Shown here: piece after piece, positions 61,520 to 64,000 of the stretch
Position numbering within the stretch: the first letter of the stretch is position 1
How the letters are laid out: the number at the start of each line of letters is the position of its first letter
Virus record (IMG/VR): IMGVR_UViG_3300047564_003843
Coordinates: 32,001-96,000 of that record
DNA: 64,000 bases
Strand: one strand, 5' to 3'
DNA from: a virus
The notes under the pieces: generated by a model
The model's input: only the letters and a program-made list of their open reading frames with translations
Database searches by the model: none
What the model was told of the DNA's origin: nothing
Position numbers and translations under genes: made by a program

Positions 61520-64000
61520 ATGCCTATTGATGTCACAGCTGCAGGTGCGGCAGGTACTCACACCTTTGCAAAAGTAAATGTTAATTTAGATGAAGATTTT
61601 ATTTACTTTAAAAATACAGCCCCTAACGTAATTCCAGCTGCTTTAGCTCCAGGAGTTGCATTTTTATACACCTCTGGTGTTGGTTCTGTAACTGGTTTTA
61701 CCGAAAATGGTCTTGTTTATGTTACTACTGCCGAGCCTAAAAAATTAAAATTTAGTACTACCTCTGGTGGTGCTGCAATTAACTTTACTGACAGTATGGC
61801 TGGTTCTATTAAGTTTAACACTCCAATTGTTTATGCAAATAAATTAAACCTTGATGCTTCTACTCCAACAAATCAAGCTGTTAAATATTTTACAAATGGA
61901 GAACCACTAACTGGTCTCACAAGTGGAGATACATACTTCCTAAAGAACGTATCTATTTCTGAGTTCGCTGGTTCTCAATCTCTTTATCCTTTTTCTTCTC
62001 ATACATTTACTACTTGTGGTTTAACTGGTAGAACAGGCCCTACTCAAACACAGATGCGTACTTCATACAGCACCACTTGGGACGACACTTATATTTCTCA
62101 AGGTGCGTTTGTTGGTTATCAAGACTGGACAGTCCCTGTTTCAGGTATTTATAGATTCAATGTACGCGGTGCTGCTGGTTATGATGGTACTGGTAGTGGA
62201 ACCCCAGGTCGTGGTGCAATAGTTGAAGCAGATATTGCATTGACTAAGGGTGAAGTAATTACAATAATTGTTGGACAACGCGGTGCAGCACCATCTTCAG
62301 GAACCCTATGGGGTGGCGGCGGAGGCGGTACATATGTTGTTCGTAAAACTGGTAACGAACCTTTGTTTGTTGCAGGTGGTGGTTCTGGAGAATCTAACAC
62401 TGGTCCCGGTCGTGACGGTGTTCTTACAAAACTAGGTGGAACTTCTACTAATAATCAACCAGCTGGTGGTACTTCTGGTTTTGGTGGTCGCGCTACAAAT
62501 CCAAATGGTTATTCAGCTGCTGGTGGAGGTTTCTTCTCTCGCGGTCAGAATGGATTTACTTTTGGTGGAGTCCCAGCAGCTCTTGGTGGCGGTTCTTTCC
62601 TAGATGGTTTAACAATGGGAACTAACACACTTGTTGGTGGTTACGGTGGATTTGGTGGTGGAGGTCAAGCTGACGGAAACCGTGTAGGTCAATCTGGTGG
62701 TGGCGGTGGCTACTCTGGTGGTGGCGGTGCTCGTTCTACAACTGCAAACCAATCTGGTGGTGGTGGTGGTTCATTTATTGCAACTACTTCTACAAATGTT
62801 AAAACATCAACAGGATTTTTTGATGGAGCTAACTCATTTAACGGCTCTCTAATTCAAAACTTAGCTTCATACAATACTGCAGAAGGTCAAGTAGCCGTTA
62901 CTTTGATATCTAGCTTTACCACTGGTAACACAATCCATCCTACAGCTCAAGATGCTGAAAATGGAACTAATGCTATTGCAGTAGAGCCAGCTGGTTCTTC
63001 ATATCACTCATTTGTACCAATTAACTTTGACGTTCAAAATGACCAAATTCATAGCGCTGCTCCACACACTCTAACAAATGGTGAAGCAGTACAAGTATCA
63101 TTTAATGCAACTCCACCTACTGGAATTCAAAATAATGGTATTTATTACATTAATACTGTAAACGCTTTTACTTATCGTTTAAGCACAACTCCTTCTCCTT
63201 CATTCACTAACATTAACTTAATTTCACCATCTTCTCGTGAAGTTGCTACAACCGCAAAACTCAGCCGCGTTGTTGTTAATACTGCTACTGATACTTTAAC
63301 TATTAATAACCATGGTTTCTTGGTTGATCAGCCGTTGAGATATCAGGTTGGTGACGGAACAGCAATCGCACCTCTTATTGACCAAGCTACTTACTATGTC
63401 GCTGAGGTTTTAAACGCTAACCAAATTCGTTTAAAGTCTTCTCTGAACTCTCCAACATATATTAACTTTACTTCTGCTGGAACTGGAACTGGTCATAGCT
63501 TTATCTTCTTGACTGTTAACGCTCTTGAAGACACTCTTTATATCCCTAACCATGGCCTTGTGTCTGGTCAAGCAATTCGTTATTCAAAAGGTTTGGTTGG
63601 AAACACAGTTATTCCTGGTTTGACAGATAACTTTACTTATTACATTGTTAAAGTTGACAACAGCATCGTGCGTTTAGCTACAAACAAGGCATTAACTGTT
63701 ATTGCAAACATTACAAACCAAGAACCATGGCCAGCAACTGGTACACACTCCTTGTTTATTACTTCTCTTGACTATGCAACTGAAACTATCACTCTACCAA
63801 GCCACGGGTTCTTGCAAGGCGAGCTTGTCGAGTATGACACTAAAGGTCAAGCAGCTGTTAATGGTTTAACTACTGCTACTCCATATTATGTAATTTTCGT
63901 AGATGGTGACAACATCAAGTTGGCAACTACTCCTGAAAATGCTGATGCAGGTACTGCAGTGAATTTAACTGATACACCTATTGGAGTTGGAAGACATACC
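61520..64000 (+). CDS. large virion structural/fibre protein, truncated at the window end
   Basis: ATG at 61520 after AGGAG SD; frame appears open to the end; glycine-rich domain and repeated HG(F/L)..G..V.Y...YY modules. Confidence 0.8.
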   Translation, partial: MPIDVTAAGAAGTHTFAKVNVNLDEDFIYFKNTAPNVIPAALAPGVAFLYTSGVGSVTGFTENGLVYVTTAEPKKLKFSTTSGGAAINFTDSMAGSIKFNTPIVYANKLNLDASTPTNQAVKYFTNGEPLTGLTSGDTYFLKNVSISEFAGSQSLYPFSSHTFTTCGLTGRTGPTQTQMRTSYSTTWDDTYISQGAFVGYQDWTVPVSGIYRFNVRGAAGYDGTGSGTPGRGAIVEADIALTKGEVITIIVGQRGAAPSSGTLWGGGGGGTYVVRKTGNEPLFVAGGGSGESNTGPGRDGVLTKLGGTSTNNQPAGGTSGFGGRATNPNGYSAAGGGFFSRGQNGFTFGGVPAALGGGSFLDGLTMGTNTLVGGYGGFGGGGQADGNRVGQSGGGGGYSGGGGARSTTANQSGGGGGSFIATTSTNVKTSTGFFDGANSFNGSLIQNLASYNTAEGQVAVTLISSFTTGNTIHPTAQDAENGTNAIAVEPAGSSYHSFVPINFDVQNDQIHSAAPHTLTNGEAVQVSFNATPPTGIQNNGIYYINTVNAFTYRLSTTPSPSFTNINLISPSSREVATTAKLSRVVVNTATDTLTINNHGFLVDQPLRYQVGDGTAIAPLIDQATYYVAEVLNANQIRLKSSLNSPTYINFTSAGTGTGHSFIFLTVNALEDTLYIPNHGLVSGQAIRYSKGLVGNTVIPGLTDNFTYYIVKVDNSIVRLATNKALTVIANITNQEPWPATGTHSLFITSLDYATETITLPSHGFLQGELVEYDTKGQAAVNGLTTATPYYVIFVDGDNIKLATTPENADAGTAVNLTDTPIGVGRHT

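Overview
This 64-kb window looks like part of a large tailed dsDNA phage genome, probably infecting Actinobacteria (inferred from DUF3039/FmdB-like genes, actinophage-type membrane proteins and many TANNNT-6nt-ATG leaderless starts). Layout: (i) 1-13.2 kb, a minus-strand arm with a MoxR/CbbQ AAA+ and vWA pair, many small genes, a TerS-like gene, a holin-like gene and two families of dispersed repeats; (ii) 12.05-12.48 kb, an AT-rich array of four ~66-bp units near the strand switch (candidate origin); (iii) 13.2-37.3 kb, a mostly plus-strand accessory region with class II RNR, ThyX, AdoMetDC, N6A methyltransferase, an ABC-ATPase/GNAT fusion, a flavin halogenase, sugar enzymes, two cell-wall hydrolases and a serine recombinase; (iv) 37.4-48.3 kb, a large secreted PA14/FN3/EEPPA protein, terminase large subunit, Prim-Pol/SF3 helicase and a metallophosphoesterase; (v) 48.3-64 kb, collagen-like and glycine-rich virion/fibre genes. 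The most notable observation is a candidate antisense translational control system. A ~70-nt sRNA-like element at 4170-4239 has its own -10 box, a hairpin and a terminator, and its loop is complementary to a conserved AACGACGAAAGGA leader on several genes and to the primase leader. Three further 3'-UTR segments are complementary to ribosome-binding regions of neighbouring genes. No tRNA, rRNA or canonical CRISPR array was recognised. Product calls come from motif recognition only; no database search was run.
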